A DNA stretch of 63,311 nt, counting the filler, from Jimgerdemannia flammicorona (lineage: Eukaryota), in the NCBI GenBank assembly GCA_003990765.1. It is 2 parts of 2 records of this genome, joined end to end, with 100 filler letters (N's around TTAATTAATTAA, not from the genome) between each part and the next. Parts side by side here need not be neighbours in the genome. Positions count along the whole stretch, not along the records: positions 31,711 to 63,311 come from RBNJ01000387.1; 1 more part is not named here. One strand, given 5' to 3'. The notes under the pieces were generated by a model. It saw only the letters and a list, made by a program, of their open reading frames with translations, was not told the DNA's origin and did not search any database. The translations under genes and the position numbers were made by a program. Shown here piece after piece: positions 60,401 to 63,311 of the stretch; position 1 is the stretch's first letter, and each line of letters opens with the position of its first letter.

Positions 60401-63311
60401 TGAGGACATTCAGCTATAGGTAGAGAGTTAGATACAGAAAGGTACCCCAATTGGGGTCTGATAGATGAGGTTGAAAGAGGCTGCTAAGGTCTACTGAAGA
60501 GAGGCTGGCAAGGTGGCCAGAAGACAGAGGAAGAAGAGAGTGATGTGGGCTTCTGCTAGATTGGCTAGACTTCTAGAAGGCTGGGCAGGTCTGTTGACCA
60601 TAGAGGAGGTGGAGGACTGGCAATTGATATGGGTAAAATTAGAGGTTGGGGAGTTACAACAGGTGTTGTGGGAGGAGGAGGAGACACAGGTGCAGAGTTT
60701 GGCAGCTCACCTATATTGGCAGGAGCTGGAGGAAGGGGAGAGGCCTTCTAAGTATCTCACAAGGGCCCTTCAGGCAAGGAGAGTGAAGCAGAGGTGGGAG
60801 GGGGTACTAGATTCTGACAGCCTACTGACATATAAAATATAAGATATTCTTGGATTATTAAAAGAGAGGTAGAGCAGTCTGTAGAATGAGAAGGAGGGTG
60901 CTACTATCAGCTGTACTTTAGAGGATTAGCCCCCACTATGAGCAGAAAGATTGGGCAGATTAGTGACATCTATATAGAAAGAGAAGATTCTTCAGATTCT
61001 TGCTGTAACTATGCCAGGCATAGCACCAGGGAAGGATGGTCTACCTTGAGACTTCTGGAAGAAGATGGTGAGAGTCTCTGGAATACTGGGAGAGCTGAGG
61101 GTACTCTGTGACTTGATACTATAGTCAGGAAGGTGGGTGGGTGAGCAGGACCTGGGGCTGGTGGCACTGCTTTATAAGAATAAGAGCAGAAAGAAGAACT
61201 GGAAGAACTGGCAGCCAATTATGCTTCTAGATATATAGATAGAAAGTTGGTTACTAAGGTAGTGATAGCAAGATTACAGAAGGTGGCTCAACAAATCTTA
61301 GATGAAGAGCAGTAGGGCTTTATAGAGAGATGGCTCATTCAGAATGATATAGTCTGAGTACATGGAGTTATTGAAGAGGTATGAGCCTGTGGACTGGATG
61401 GGCATCTGGTTTTCTTGGATCAGGAGAAGATATATGACTATGTTTAGCAAGTCTGGTTGGAGAAGGTTTTAAATAGGATTGGTGTCCCATATTAGTTCCA
61501 GATGGTGATGGTCAGTCTACTGGAGGGGAGTAGAGCTGCTCTCATATACAATAGGCATTGTGGAGTGATATTCTCTCTGAGTAGAGATGTTTCCCAGGGG
61601 GACCCACTGTCTCTCATTCTATATACTCTCTCTTTAGAGCCACTGATAGATAGGATCAGGCAGAGGATAGTTAGGCTCTCAATATTTGAGATTGGGTGAA
61701 AAGTTGGAGCCTTTGCAAATAATATAGTAGTTGGTCTAGGTTTGATCACTAATGTAGAGGAACTCAAGGAGATAGTAGAGTGGTATGAGATGTACTCTGG
61801 GGCTCAACTCAATTGGCACAAGTATGAAACAATGGTGTTGGGCAATAGCTTAGTAGAAGAAGATATCATTAGAACAATTGTCTCTGCTGGAGAGGTAGTA
61901 TAATACTTGGGTATCTATCTATTGGTATATGGATCAGTTCAACTGAGACTTTGGTGGGACCAGAGAGTTATAATCTGGGAGGAGGCCCTGCAGAGTTGGG
62001 GAGGATGATACTTATCTCTAGTAGAGTGTGTTTCAGTTTTGAATGTCTATTGGCTGCTGAAATTGTAGTACTTGGCTTATTACCTAGACTTCTCTGCCTA
62101 GGTAGTTAAGAGACTATTGAAACTAGCCAAGGGGTGGATCTGGGCTGGGAGGAGAAGTCAGATTAGCTGAGAAATTCTGTCTCTGCCAGTAATGAGAGAG
62201 GGCCTTGGGCTGATTGACTTTCTGAAGAGGTTGTACTATCTGTGAGTATAGTGGTTAAAGAGAGCTGAGGGGGTAGATAGGTGCCCCTGATGATGAAGAT
62301 CTGAGAGATGAGGTCCTTGCCAAGAGGCTCTATAGGAGATCTACTGTCCTTAGTTGGGCTTTAAAATAATGGGTGCATGCAGTACAAAGGCTTCTGATGG
62401 AGGGTAGCAGATAGAGTATGCTATATTGAAATTCATTGAAGGAGAAATGAAGGAGAGCTACCTTGGGATCCAGTGATGTGAAGATGGAACTAGGTGCTGC
62501 TGGGGGGCATTCCCCTAATTGACTTTGATATTGGAGATGGGGTTGAGTGCCAGAGAGAGTTAGGACAAGATTTGTGGCCCAGTGAATGGCAGTTGGAGGG
62601 TATCAGTGAGGAGTGAGACTAGAATAGAGTTTGGGCCTAGAGTACAGAGATATGGCAATAGATACTATTAAAGTACTGAGTGGTCTAATAGTGTATACTG
62701 TGAAGAAATATCATACTTAACTTTCACTCAGGCCATCTTATTGAGAGAGGAAGCTTTGAATGTAAGGAGTACTACAATGTAGAAAAGGAAGGGAAATTTT
62801 TGCAGATGCCAGAACATTGGCTGAGAGAGTGTGAGGTACTTTGTGAATTTTGGCTAGCAGTTGGAGATAGATTGGATATTGTACATAGGGGAGATGGTGA
62901 GAGGAGTTGGTGGGAGAATTTGCAAAATAGATTAGTGGGGAGAGTGGGAAAGGAGTGGCTGACTATAGGTTGGATATTAGCAGTTTGGGTGGGATTAGCA
63001 GATTATTGGTTATTTGTTTTTAAGAAAAGGAGGTGCCTGGGTGTAGGGGTATAGCTTTTGAGATAGGAAGAGTTGATGGAGGACATCCTGATAGACTAGT
63101 GGTTAGGTTGGGTCTGCAGGGTAGTTAGTAGCATTAATTGGTGGAGAAAATCTATAGGCAGAGTGAGAGGAGAGTTGGGGTAGTGGGTGATAAAGTAGTT
63201 TTCAAGTATGATAATATTGGGGAGAGTACCTCTATGGGAATTGGGTAGGGTGAGAGGGTACTGTAATTATATCAATAGTGGTAATAAATAGTGAAGTCTA
63301 AGTAACTATAA
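57438..63311 (+). mobile_element. LINE-B6, near full-length and degenerate (ORF1 from 57508, ORF2 from ~59600)
   Basis: LRWDSRVVQL in ORF1; GGDFN, RIDWVL, SDH, PGKDGLP, FLDQEK, QGDPLS, AFANN in ORF2; runs off the window end. Confidence 0.85.
57893..57988 (+). repeat. 48-bp in-frame tandem duplication in LINE-B6 ORF1
   Basis: ADSRPEYGKGTRPSDL x2; the copies differ at one base and are bounded by GCTGATAGTA microhomology. Confidence 0.9.

Overview
Eukaryotic, almost certainly fungal DNA; the spliced ATP18 gene, F-box/BTB genes and TE set suggest an early-diverging lineage such as Mucoromycota, but that is inference. Two contigs are joined by an artificial N44-TTAATTAATTAA-N44 spacer (31611-31710). 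Over 90% of the window is a deep nest of decayed transposons. It holds three Ty3/gypsy elements of two families, all with a dUTPase between Gag and protease; family 1 also has a Cys/His insert and an extra 3' ORF. There are about nine L1/Tx1-like LINE copies of two families (A, B), two hAT-type MITEs, and three ~1.2-kb non-coding poly(A) retroposons of two types (S1, S2) sharing a 5' motif and an internal 19-mer. A ~3.7-kb CpG-normal gene island (31711-35450) holds the last exon of a WDR5/SWD3-like gene, ATP18, a BTB/POZ gene with a 15-nt repeat read in two frames, and an F-box ORF abutting a LINE. The TEs show CpG loss and, in the most decayed copies, RIP-like CpA/TpG transitions, while LTR U3 segments keep their CpGs. 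The best novelty candidates are the S1/S2 retroposons, the dUTPase/Zn-insert/extra-ORF gypsy architecture and the mutation pattern. All calls are by eye with no database searches; LINE boundaries without a visible TSD are approximate.
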